Below, piece after piece: positions 27,301 through 39,300 of a DNA stretch of 64,000 nucleotides. The DNA comes from Laetmonice hystrix. Lineage: Eukaryota. Numbering within the stretch: position 1 is the stretch's first letter; every line of letters begins with the position of its first letter. The stretch lies in NCBI GenBank assembly GCA_965235115.1, contig OZ249447.1, positions 14,198,001 through 14,262,000 of the forward strand. The letters are read 5' to 3'. The notes beneath the pieces were generated by a model, which saw nothing but the letters and a program-made list of their open reading frames with translations, searched no databases and had not been told where the DNA came from. The position numbers and the translations under genes are program-made.

Positions 27301-30300
27301 CACCATGCTAGGTCAGCAACATTCACCACTTTTTGAGGGTTTATCCAGGAGCAACAGACTGGAATTTAATGCCTTTTTGATGACAAGAAATATCATTCCC
27401 TTTAACAGTAGTCGCAAATTGTTCAAGAATTGAAGGGTGTTTTTTCTTCACAGACGGACATTGAATCGATTGTTCACAGAGAAGGGAGTGTACCATTTTA
27501 CAAGCAAATCTTTTCTTAAATCAACAAAGGTAAGTACAGGTTGTCCATCTTATGATGAATTTTTCTACTCAGTTAGACTGTGGTAACCGTTTAAACTTTC
27601 AGCTGTAAATACTTCAGCTCCTAGACTCTCTCCCAAACTGTGTGGTGGTCCATGTATAATTGTGAAATGGTTTTGGAAGGGAGAGCAGCGAAGTGATGAG
27701 TCTAGGATCAGTTCCATCCTGGTTGACGAGTCCAGTGACAGTGTAGTGGTCAGAGTCAGTTCACAGGGATTCCAACCTAAGACCACCAATATCACCAAGG
27801 TCAGTGACATTCAGATAACCTCATGCATTAGGTACCAAAAAACAAAGGTTCTGATATTAATAACGTATTGTGGGGCTGATGTTTACGTTTCTACCTTGGT
27901 TTTCAGGGTCAAAGTGTTCTCTGGACGTGGAAGGAATCAGGGGAGGAGGCCCACAACATTATCAACGTCAATCCTCCGGAGAGCGACGTGAGTCCCCCCT
28001 CCCACCCACTCCACCCCGATATGTCGTACAGAATTTGAACTTTAAACATCCTGGAAGTTCTTGTCGGGATAATGAGAAAACTGGGTGGATATTTGTTTCA
28101 GTCGCCTCTGAGCATCATCCAGGGCGGTCAGTCGTTTAACAGCGGTCGGCCTGTGGCCAGGAATAGCTTTCTCTACACCTTTGACGAGTCCGGCTCATAC
28201 TGCGTGGCCTCCCAGGGTGCACCTGGCTTTGCTGGCTCAGTCAAGGTCCTCAAAGGCAGTAAGTGTCGAGGTCAATGCGAGCTTAGTCCTAGTGGGTACT
28301 TAAATGGGGTCATATATTAATTTAGGGAATTGCTTACGAATATATTTCTTTCTGGCGTCAAGTTGTGTAATTTGTTTCTGGGGAGATGTGACGGTGCGTG
28401 CACTAACAACACAAGTATTCATACCGTTATGACCTAAAGACTTGTCATGACGTTGGTCACATGTCCTAACCTGCAGCTTTGATCTTCTGTTAGGTACAAG
28501 AACGACCACGCCATTTGTGTCAGGACGTGGTAGTAAGACAGGAGGAACCGTGGAGAAAAACTACACAATTCACCTGGAGTGTGAGACTCCAGGCAGCAGT
28601 ATTTTCTACACTCTGGATGGGTCATCACCCGACCTCAGCCGGGGCGCTGTTAAAGTAGGTGTTCACCCTGGAAATGGTAAAAGAATTCATTAACCCTTAG
28701 CGCTTACGTTGTTGGTAGACCCTACAGAGGTTCACTGACCTAAACGTATAGGTCTACTGTTAATATACTTGTATATTTCTTCCTCAGTTGTACAAGCCAG
28801 ACAAAGGAATCTGTCTGCGACAGTCTGGTCTATGTGTGCTGCGCGCCATCGCCACGTCAAAGAGCGCGCTCAACAGTGACGTCATGACGTCCAAACGATT
28901 CTGGGTGCTGCAAGGTGACGAGGACAACGCGTCTATCTCCTCTGGAGAGCCTGAGCAGGTCCCCGCCTCGGATAATGTAAGGGGTTACCATAAACATTCT
29001 TGTCATACTCAAGTCGGTGTTGATATTGTACTTGTATGACGACAAACAAAACACAAAAACAGACGTTTTAAGAATGAGTGACTGAAGCCATGTTTTCTGT
29101 ACCTTCAGGGGGCGTCCTGGCAGTGGTGGCAGAGCGCACCTGTTATCAAGGGTTGTTTTACAACGCCTGGTGTGATGGAGATTTTCTGGGAACAACCCCC
29201 CAAGGAATCACTTAACCTGGTCAAAGGGTACCAGGTACGTCTTCCTCCCCAAACCCCACCACAAATATATAAAAACCTGGCTTGGTGATTTATATACTTC
29301 TGATTCCGATGATTATAGATGACTTGAAAATTTCGGTTTACCTGTTCTAAAAATAAAGTTCACCTTATTCGCATGTTCTGCTGAGCTCTGGATCGCTATG
29401 GAATGAACGACTGTTCATGGATGTGTAGTCAAAGTATTACTGGTTCGATTGTCGGTTTGACAGTGACTTTTATTGTAGGTGTTTTTGAATGGTGTGACGT
29501 ATTGTGAAGTCTTCCCTGTACAACACAACTCGGTGAACATCGCCGGGCTGGCTGGTGGTCACCTGTATGAGGTGGTGGTCGAGGTCTACCCACGGGACAC
29601 CATGTACCTTCCACACAAGTCCAATAAACTAGTATGCAACTTCTTACTTCCGAATTTCTCTATTTAGAATTTGATGTGATGCCTAGAGTTCTTATAAAGT
29701 TGTTTGAATGTTCCTAAATGAAGGTTTTTATTATGTGAATGTACTGGAATGTCCCGCTAATGCATGCCCGTATGTTTAGGTCACATTCGGTTGTTGACTG
29801 TTTTGATGTTTTCCCTCCAGGTGATGAAGTGCCCTAAGACGACAGGTACTGGAGGACCTCTGTTGTCCATGGAGAGGACAGAAAAGCCAGATGTGCTGGC
29901 TATTGTGTGGATGGCCATCTCTACCCCAGACAGTCCCATCAAGGGTTATCGGGTTTACTTGAATGGACAGATGTGTGGCAGCCAGGTATAGGTTATATAT
30001 GTTTAGGTCTCCAGTAGTCTTAACAAACCATTAGCATTTCTCAACCCTTCGTAAGTTCTTGTGTAGCTTTTTTGAGGGGAAATTAAATTCAGATTTGATT
30101 TGGGGTGTGTGTATGTGAAGGAAGCCGATATAATTGATATGGTTTTATAACTTGGTGATATTAGACGTGTGAAGACATCTGAATGCAATATTTGTCGTGT
30201 TTGTAGGTGGTTCCCGATGAAAACAGTGACCGATGTAAAGTCGTTATTGAGGGTTGTAACCTGGAGAGTGTCTATCGTATCGTTGTGGCTGCCATTCCTA

Positions 30301-33300
30301 CAGGTACGTCTTACATAGTCAGAACTAGAGGTCTTACATAGTCAGAACCAGAGGTCTTACATAGTCAGAACCAGAGGTCTTACATAGTCAGAACCAGAGG
30401 TCTTACATAGTCAGAACCAGAGGTCTTACATAGTCAGAACCAGAGGTCTACCTGTGGTTGAATACATAGTCAGAACCAGAGGTCTACCTGTGGTTGAATA
30501 CATAGTCAGAACCAGAGGTCTACCTGTGGTTGAATACATAGTCAGAACCAGAGGTCTTACATAGTCAGAACCAGAGGTCTACCTGTGGTTGAATACATAG
30601 TCAGAACCAGAGGTCTTACATAGTCAGAACCAGAGGTCTGCCTGTGGTTGAATACATAGTCAGAACCAGAGGTCTTACATAGTCAGAACCAGAGGTCTGC
30701 CTGTGGTTGAATACATAGTCAGAACCAGAGGTCTTACATAGTCAGAACCAGAGGTCTTACATAGTCAGAACCAGAGGTCTACCTGTGGTTGAATACATAG
30801 TCAGAACCAGGTAATAAGAACCAGAACTAGGGGAGTGGCGGTGGCCTAGTGGGCATGGATGTCGACACCTTATGCTATGCGAATGGGTGCAGTAATCTTA
30901 GGGCCTGGGTTCGATTCCTGTAGAGGACTATACAACTTTTCTCTTTAGGGACATTGTCAAAGTAATTGGGTTACCCCTGATGCCCGTGCATTTCAAAAGA
31001 ACAATATAGTCAGAACCAGAGGTCTACCTGTGGTTGAGTACATAGCCAGAACCAGAGGTCTACCTGTGGTTGAATACATAGTCAGAACCCGAGGTCTACC
31101 TGTGGTTGAATACATAGTCAGAACCAGAGGTCTACCTGTGGTTGAATACCATACACACATACTTCAAGGAGTAATTCTCTCAGGCTCCAGGTGCCATTAG
31201 CTTTAATTTTCCCCCCTGCGTTGAAGGTAGTGAACGCCGTGAAGATGGCCCCGATGCCGACACGGCATGGAACCACCATTACTCACTCTCTCACTTGAAC
31301 GTAGTGAAACTCTCCCACCAGTGCTATATACTATACTGTAGAGGATACAGTATTTCTGTCATGAGCCATGATTTAGTATCGTTACACCTGATGATTTCAG
31401 ATGGCAGGGGACAGAAAATGTCCAATGAGATAGAAGTGACGTTACCGTTAGACTCGAGTCACATTCGTCTACCACCAGCCGAGTTACGTGTCGATGATGA
31501 TGACCTCTATCAGGAGTACATTGAAGTGACGGAAGGTTCAGGGTCAGTGGATACAGGTAAGTCTCTCCATTCATTATCCTCAAACACTGGGTACCATGTC
31601 TGATGTTCATGTATCAGAATGATGATGAGACCGCATTTGAGAAGGTCTTTCTTTTGTTATGGAAGGAATTGCAGTGACCAAATGGATTGATTGCATGAAA
31701 AGTATGCATGTATGCATACAGCGGCTCCTTGATTCACCCGCATAACTGCATTGAGAACTTCTAGATCTTGTGAGGAGTCATTGAATACAAATATCTACCC
31801 GGTAACAAGGACAGAATCATGACAGAAGATTGAAACTAGATATAAACTGGTTTGGTACACAGCTTGGCTTGATGCTCATGGTGCATGAAGGGAGCTGACA
31901 ACAATTCTATCCTTTTTTAACTTTGTCTTGTTTTGACTATTGTATATCTGCACAGGTGACATGAGAAGCTTGCTAAACCGAGGATATGTTAACCAACTAG
32001 GTACATTATTGATTTTGTACCTGCCGAATGCCAAGGCAAATCTTAGACCCATAATGTGAACGTGGTGTATTCGTTTTTATCTTTAACCTTTAATTCACAA
32101 AATAATTTGTTGACTACATCTGGAGGTTTTTGGTACCTCCTCTGGGACAAGACTTTCCTTTTAATATATATATCACATATTTGCATGTCAATATACTGTA
32201 TTTCATTATTGATATTTGCTATTTTGCAGTGTTGTAATTAATATCAGTTCAGTTCAGAAAATGTGTATTTCATATTAAATACTCTTTCTGTTGTTATTAT
32301 CTGTGGCGCAGGATCTCTTGCTCAGAAACCAACCATAGAACCGATGACCTTTGACCTAAAACAGAATGAGGTTGGGTTTGAAGGGGCAGGTTAGTTTTGT
32401 TACTATGGCAATGCAAGTCATTGTCAAGGTAACACTACTTAATTGCTTGCATCACCATATAACAATCTATAGATTATAATTTTAGGGAAAACATCTTATA
32501 AATTCAAGCGCTAGAACTCGAACAGTGCATATAAATCGTTTCAGCCCGCTTTAAAACCTACTACCCTTTCTTGGTATAACAACTTCCCTACCTTTCCCAA
32601 GTGTATTGGCTTTTCTGTGACGTACCTAGTCACTGTGACCCTATCTGTGACGTACCTGGTCACGGTGACCCTGCCTGTGACGTACCTCGTCAATGTGATC
32701 CTATCTGTGACGTACCTGGTGACTGTGACCCTATATATGTGACGTACCTGGTGACTGTGACCCTATCTGTGATGTACCTGGTGACTATGGCCCTATATGT
32801 GACGTACCCCGTTTATGTGATCCTATCTGTGACGTACCTGTTCACTCTGACCCGATCTGTGACGTACCTGGTGACTGTGACCCTATCTGTGACGTACCTG
32901 GTCACTGTGACCCTGCCTGTGACGTAACTCGTCACTGTGACCCTATCTGTGACGTACCTGCAATCACTGTGACCCTATCTGTGACGTGGATTCTTCAGGC
33001 TACCCTTTGTATGATAAATCTTCTCCATGTCAGCCTATCTATAAAGTCCTTTCTCCCTGTAATCCCTATCTTCGACGTGTCCAATCTGTCCCATATCTAG
33101 AGCTGAAATCAGTCGGCACCAGTTCTAGAACGCTTTGTAGCATTGAAGTTGTAACTTTTGAGAGTTAGGTTATTGCTTCACACTAACATCACCTTTGGTA
33201 GAAACCAATGGAGTTTCAGACCAAAGTTCTCGAATTACCTTTACATATTCTACTAAATCACTCCGAGAAAATATATTTCCTTATTAAATTTATTCCATCC

Positions 33301-36300
33301 ACGGAATTGTTTTTTAATCGCTCAGCCAGTCACTAAGACTTTAGGAGCGGTTGAAAGTGTGTTTGTTCCTGCTTTTTAATTGGCTATCTTAAGATTTTTT
33401 GGAGAAATTGATGCTTTCAACTAGCTTAAAAAAATAATCGGTAATACAACGAATTGGTACACGAATTTGAAAGTGAATGTAGATTGACGGAATTCACATG
33501 TTAACATACTTTGACCTAGTTCACATGATAATATTCACGGTCACAACACGTGTTTAGTCTTCATTTTTGTACTTTTTCCTTGAAATAACACTTTTGAGAA
33601 CAATCATATGCTAAGATACGAGTTAAAATGTAAAATCGATTTCTTATTATGGTCTTTATATTGAAACTTCTCTAAAATATATAAGAAAATAGAAATCACT
33701 TTTTAAAAGTTACCATTATAATGAAATAAGTATCTTCTTTGGAAAGCTCTCTGTGAAATGCTCAAGTATGTGCCGATACAAGTATAATATAAAAAGTTTG
33801 TGGTGCCGGCCTACATACCGTTGTTTGCAGGCTAATTAATATATTAATATATATGATATTGGTTTGTACCGTAACCATTTGTACCGCTCCCTTCATGCGG
33901 TATACGAGAGCAGTATATTGGGATGGTAATGTTGCAGAGATGACTATGATGGGAAACCCTGTGAGTAGTCAGGCCGACTATGGCATTGATGGGTATGAGC
34001 AGGACTACCTCGTCTCGTCAGACACTGGGGGTGGCTACCATGGCCTGGCAGACATTGAGGAGACCTCACAAAATGAGGAAGAGGAGGAAGATGATGGCAT
34101 GGAGGGAGGAGGGGAAACGACTGATGAAATTGATGCCGAACGTTATGCATCTATTAGTGCAGGCCAAGCTATAGGGCAGGCGGTGCAGCCACTGCGGTCA
34201 TCCACAGGGTCTATGGGAAGGATGAGTCCGGGACCGGGTTCAGTTGGTGCTCAACAGATGGCATCAGTGGCTGCGATGCCCCCAGGTGGACTGCTGCCAC
34301 ATCCGCCTACGTCCTCCGTCAACCAGATGGCGGGCCAGTATGCGGGGAGCCACAGGACCTCAATGGTGGAGCCACCTGGTGATCAAGCGCAGCAGCTGCC
34401 GCAGACTTTGACGCACGTGAACCAAGGCCATGTCATGCAGTACCCACCGGCCATGCCGACCCATACCCAGCACGTCACCGGCCTGCCACCTACCGGGCAA
34501 CAACAGCGACAGCAGTCTCAGCCTAGAACCCAATCTGTGGGGGAAACTGAGCAAATGCCACCAGTGTCCCCTGGTGATGTAATCCAAAAGACAAAGTCCG
34601 TTGACCAGAGTCGTCAGTATATTGAAGGGGTTGCCTACAAAGCTCACAAGCCGGGGGCTGCAGCATCAGGTCCTGACCATGCACTTGGAATGATTGATGC
34701 TACTCAAGGTAACGCCGACCTAAGACCTGCCTGCATGGCCTGACCTTGTAAGACTTTTGCTGAGATGTAGCAGACTTTGCTGACATGTATAGCAGTTCGC
34801 ATGGCCCGGAGTGTGCGTGTCGCATGCCTGTAGGTTTTCCCTCGTAGTCCACAATTTGATCTGTATTATTGTATTATATGGTTATTTCGATATTTTTACC
34901 TTCGCATATATATATTATGTGCTTTTTCCTAATCTTTAAGCCGAGAGTGTCACGTCTATCAAGAGATGTTGATGACCTTTCTTGGTGGCCCATCAGAGAT
35001 AAATTAGGTAAACATATCATCATGAGAAAAAAACCATCGTCTCTATTCCATTTTGCCGCAGATTTTACAAAATCTTCAAAACGAAGTAATCAGAGGCAGC
35101 ATTCTATAGTAGTTAAGGACTACCAGTATCATACAAACGTATTTTTATGATACCGCTTTCAGGATTTTTTAGGGTTACCTTCTCTATAATAGAAAAATGT
35201 TATTTAGGAGTAGGTACTCAAGGGATAACGACATTGGCTCATTTTATTTTTATGTCTCGTTTCGTTGAAATAATAGGGACAAGTACACGATTTATTTCAT
35301 TTACGCTGACAAATAGCGAGCATGATTTCCGTTGCATGTGGATAAGGAAGTATTACCAATCCTGGAAATGGCTGTTCAGTAAGACACATCTAGAGCATTC
35401 TCTCACCGAACTCCCCAAATAGAAGAATGCAAATGCAAAGACTCCTTTGCATAGTTACACTCCCTTGTACTGAACTTTACGGGAAGTCGCATGGTTACAG
35501 ATTAAGAGGTTCAGTGTCAACATAAGTATCATAGAATCGTTTATGTTAGGTGTATTCAGAAGAATTTTGAAGTTTGTTTAATAGTTACAACCAAAGCTTC
35601 GTTTGAATAAACTGTACCTGGTAAAGGTTTTTTCGAAACGTCAGAACATGTCGACACTTTGTACCCCCTACACTGTTCTCTACATACCTCCTATGCCTAC
35701 AAGCAATGACCTCTGGTTCACGTTCAAACCTACCAAGGTCCTTGGACCAACAAGATGAAAACGGTTGCGGACGCCACACGTGTCCTGAAGTACATTAAAC
35801 CGGACTGCTCGGACCTCCAACATCTAGGCAGACAGCCAGGAGAGCCCCCTGGTGGTGTTGAGGTGGAGGTACAGGAGGACAGTCCGGATGAGACAGCAGA
35901 CAGTCTGTCCCACCAGTCGGGTACGTCAGGGTCTGTCAGCTCGAGGACTACTCTCATTCACACCTCCGGCACACCTGGAGCATGACATCTTCAAACACCT
36001 CACACCTTCCAATACCATTACTCTTCAATATGTCCGGCACATAGAGGATATCAAGTTTTTTATTTTGTTTCCTGCATCAAGGGAAGTTATCATTTTGCTG
36101 ACTCAGATTGCCAGCGCGGTTTTTGAATGTTCCTTTGGTTTGTGTGAATACATTTTTAGAAAAGGTTTTTGCCCTTTTCCCCAGTTTATGCACTGAATAT
36201 TTTGAATATTTATGAATCTTACCAGCACATTCAATTGTGGTGTGACACACGCCTTTTTATTGCTTCAAGGTGTGTTCTCGTTGTCAGCTACGTTGGTTAG

Positions 36301-39300
36301 TATTAAGGCCATCTCCCAGATTAGTGACATACATTATATTTGAATGTCTCAGAGATGCTTTCACACCTTTTGTCTGTCGACAACCTGTACCACACTGTGT
36401 ACATGGTTACTAAGCTATGCGAGCCCTCTCAGGCAGTCGCAACGTCTGCTGGTGGACACAAGAGTAATTTTGACTCGCGTGGATGTTTTCGTTAAATTAT
36501 TGGAAATAAGCCAAAATTAGACGCCATTATGGATTATACACGACAACGAAAATTGTGACAGTATTAGGTCTGCCTAAGTTGACCATGTTTGGCTCGTGCT
36601 CCGTACTTCAACCTTGCCTTAGGTTGTTGTTACCTGTTTACTGAGTGCTGACTAGTCTATATCAAAAGGAAGGAATACGTTAGGACTTGGAGATCCGACT
36701 TGATTGATCTGTGATCCTAGACCACTTTAAAGACGACACATCAACATCTTAACATGGCTGCAAGTCGGCGGTACATCGGAAATATCAATGACAATATTAG
36801 GATTCATGGAACATCCGTCTACAGCAAGGTGGCTGTGAGAAACTTACGGAAGGCGAACATTTCTTACAGGAGAGGACCCTGGTGTTTAGATGGTCGGTGT
36901 CTTTCTGTCAACCAGTCATTTTTCTAGCCACTAAGAAATCCCAGCATGCCTTACGATGTCCGTCTTGTTGTGTTTGCTCTATGGAAGCATTTGCCTTTCT
37001 TTATACCTGATTGTGCCTTTATGCTGTAGTCATAAGCCTGTTTCAAATTAATTCCTTTTCAGAAATATTGATACGCTTTGACATCCGCCAGGTGGTGTAA
37101 TTGGCATGATTGCAAAGACTATAGGCCTACTATAAACAATACCATATAAACATGATCCGATTGCCGGGCTATTCAGGACATAAAGGCAATGCAAACAATG
37201 CGTTATATGCGCTCTTTGATCTTATAACTCCCATAATTGTCCATAAATCTGTCCCACTCGGTGTGAACAGTATACACAAAGGGTATAGAACTTTTAACAG
37301 AAGATAGATTAACCGAACATTATTACGTTTGCCCTTAATATTGATGTTTTAGATTGATCAAGGAACCTTGATTGATCTGACAAATATTCAGTTGGTCCAC
37401 CAGAAGTGTTTTAACCAAGTGTTTGACGTTGTGACGTAGGTAAGAAGAAGAGGAGGCGGCGGAGGACATCGGCTGTGGTCGAGGTACAGGACTCGGCCCA
37501 CCTCCGGTATGAGGGCGGGGAGCAGGACAGTCACAAACCCGAGGTGACGGCTGCCGTCTCGGCCGTGCCCGTTCTGGGACACCAACACGGACAGGTATAT
37601 ATACCAACACTCAATAACTCATTCATATATAAAAGAGATAGAGCACTGAAGCCAGGTTTTGAAACTGATTTATTGTTTTACGAGTCAAATATTTTAAACA
37701 TCCTAGAAGTTTGAATTCGGTAGCTACAGGCCTCGACGCTTGGAACTGAAAGAAGTGATCTTGATGCAGAATCTCTAGGCCGTTTTTTTGGTAGTCATAG
37801 GATCTGACGGTGACCTATTGACGTTGTTGACCTGTTTGGTAGGACCAGTTCTTGCCTGCCCCGGTCGTGTCGGCCGATAACCGCGGGACGGACTCGGTAC
37901 GCATCAGGTGGACGTACGAAAGGACGGCAGAGCCACTCTACCGACTGCTGGTCAATGTGGTCAACGTCGTCGGCAAAAAGTTCCATACCACTGTCAACAG
38001 TGACATCAGGTAAGGACAAGATGGGCCCGTGGGAATTCGGCATATTTGTACTATTGTAATCCCGTTCATCCGATCAAACTGGTACATTTTGATAACTTTA
38101 CACTATATCAATACAACACAATCGTTTAATGACGTGATGCCCCCTGGTGGCAGCTTTGAGTGTTTGCAGGATGACGTTGACGGGACGTCAACGTCAGCTG
38201 TGCAGCACTGTTGGAACGTGACGTCAGGACCACACGTGGACATCCAGGGACTGGTGCCCGGCACTTACTATGAGTAAATATATCCACCTGATAGTCTGTA
38301 GAGCTTGGTTCAGCTAAACTCGATGGTGTTTGTCTGAAAGGGACTTTTCCATTTTGCTTTCAGACCCCTTGGGCTGTAATCAAATGCATAATATGCTGAC
38401 ATATCATCCCAGTTAAATTCTCCGTGTACATTTTGCAAAAGAAGTTTTTCTTTAATTGCAGCATCTTTGTGGTTGCTAACTATGCCTTGGTGAATGCCAA
38501 GACTCCCACAGAGCTCCAAGCTAAGTCAGACCCCATCCGATACCGGACCTTGGGCCCGCCGCCAGCCCCCGTGCTCAGACCCTCCGCCTCCGACCTCTAT
38601 CAGGTAGGTCAATCCTTACTCGGCTCTCAATCCTGGCATGTCAACAAAATGGACCACCATCATACGCTCTCTTTGTCACATTGCCCTTCTGATATTTCTG
38701 ATGCCTAATTTATTCGACGTTATCCCGCTAGGTGACGCTAGCGTGGGAATCTTCTCCCAGCCACAAGGACGTTGCCGTGGTGGGTTACAAAATCCTGGTA
38801 GATAGCAAACAGTTGGGTACCCTGCTGAGTGTGACCACTCAGAAAACCACCATAGACAACCTACAGCCTGGGACCTCTATCAATGTGAACGTTGTGGCTG
38901 TCACTGAACATCCTGTCGGTAACAGTGACCCATCCAACACGGTAAAAGTGGTCTGTCCGGCCCGGCCTCCTCCCCCTGCCATCTCACAACAACCGTCCTA
39001 CAAACGGGGATGTGTCATCGTGGGCTGGGACAAATCGAACCCGGGACAGGCCGTGCCCTTCGGGGAGGATATCATTGTCTACAGGTAACTCCTGCAAAAA
39101 ATATCTCTACTTGGGGGGAAAAACTCCACTGATCCATTCATTTGCATGTACTGTTAATGGTATCATCTCACAGTTAAAGCCAACATGAACTGACCTATCC
39201 CTAACCTGGACTTATATATCCAACACCTTGCTAAATTCTTTTGTTTCCGTCGGTTTTCAGGATATTTGTTGAGAACTCATGGCATGGCGAGGCCAAGTCG

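Noticed and set aside
30830-30925. Functional tRNA gene
   Set aside because: A and B boxes are present, but I could not build an acceptor stem or cloverleaf; treated as SINE-like.
30308-31148. Repeat array with intervening sequence as a CRISPR array
   Set aside because: Intervening segments are identical, not unique spacers; there are no cas genes and the context is a eukaryotic intron. The same applies to 49933-53290.
32601-32927. 108-aa ORF
   Set aside because: An in-frame translation of the 30-bp minisatellite; the flanking exons join without it.
34941-35007. Candidate extra exon PRVSRLSRDVDDLSWWPIRDKL with plausible splice sites
   Set aside because: Phase 0 to 1 does not fit the phase-1 donor at 34708, and no bridging exon was found; left out of the model, RNA data needed.
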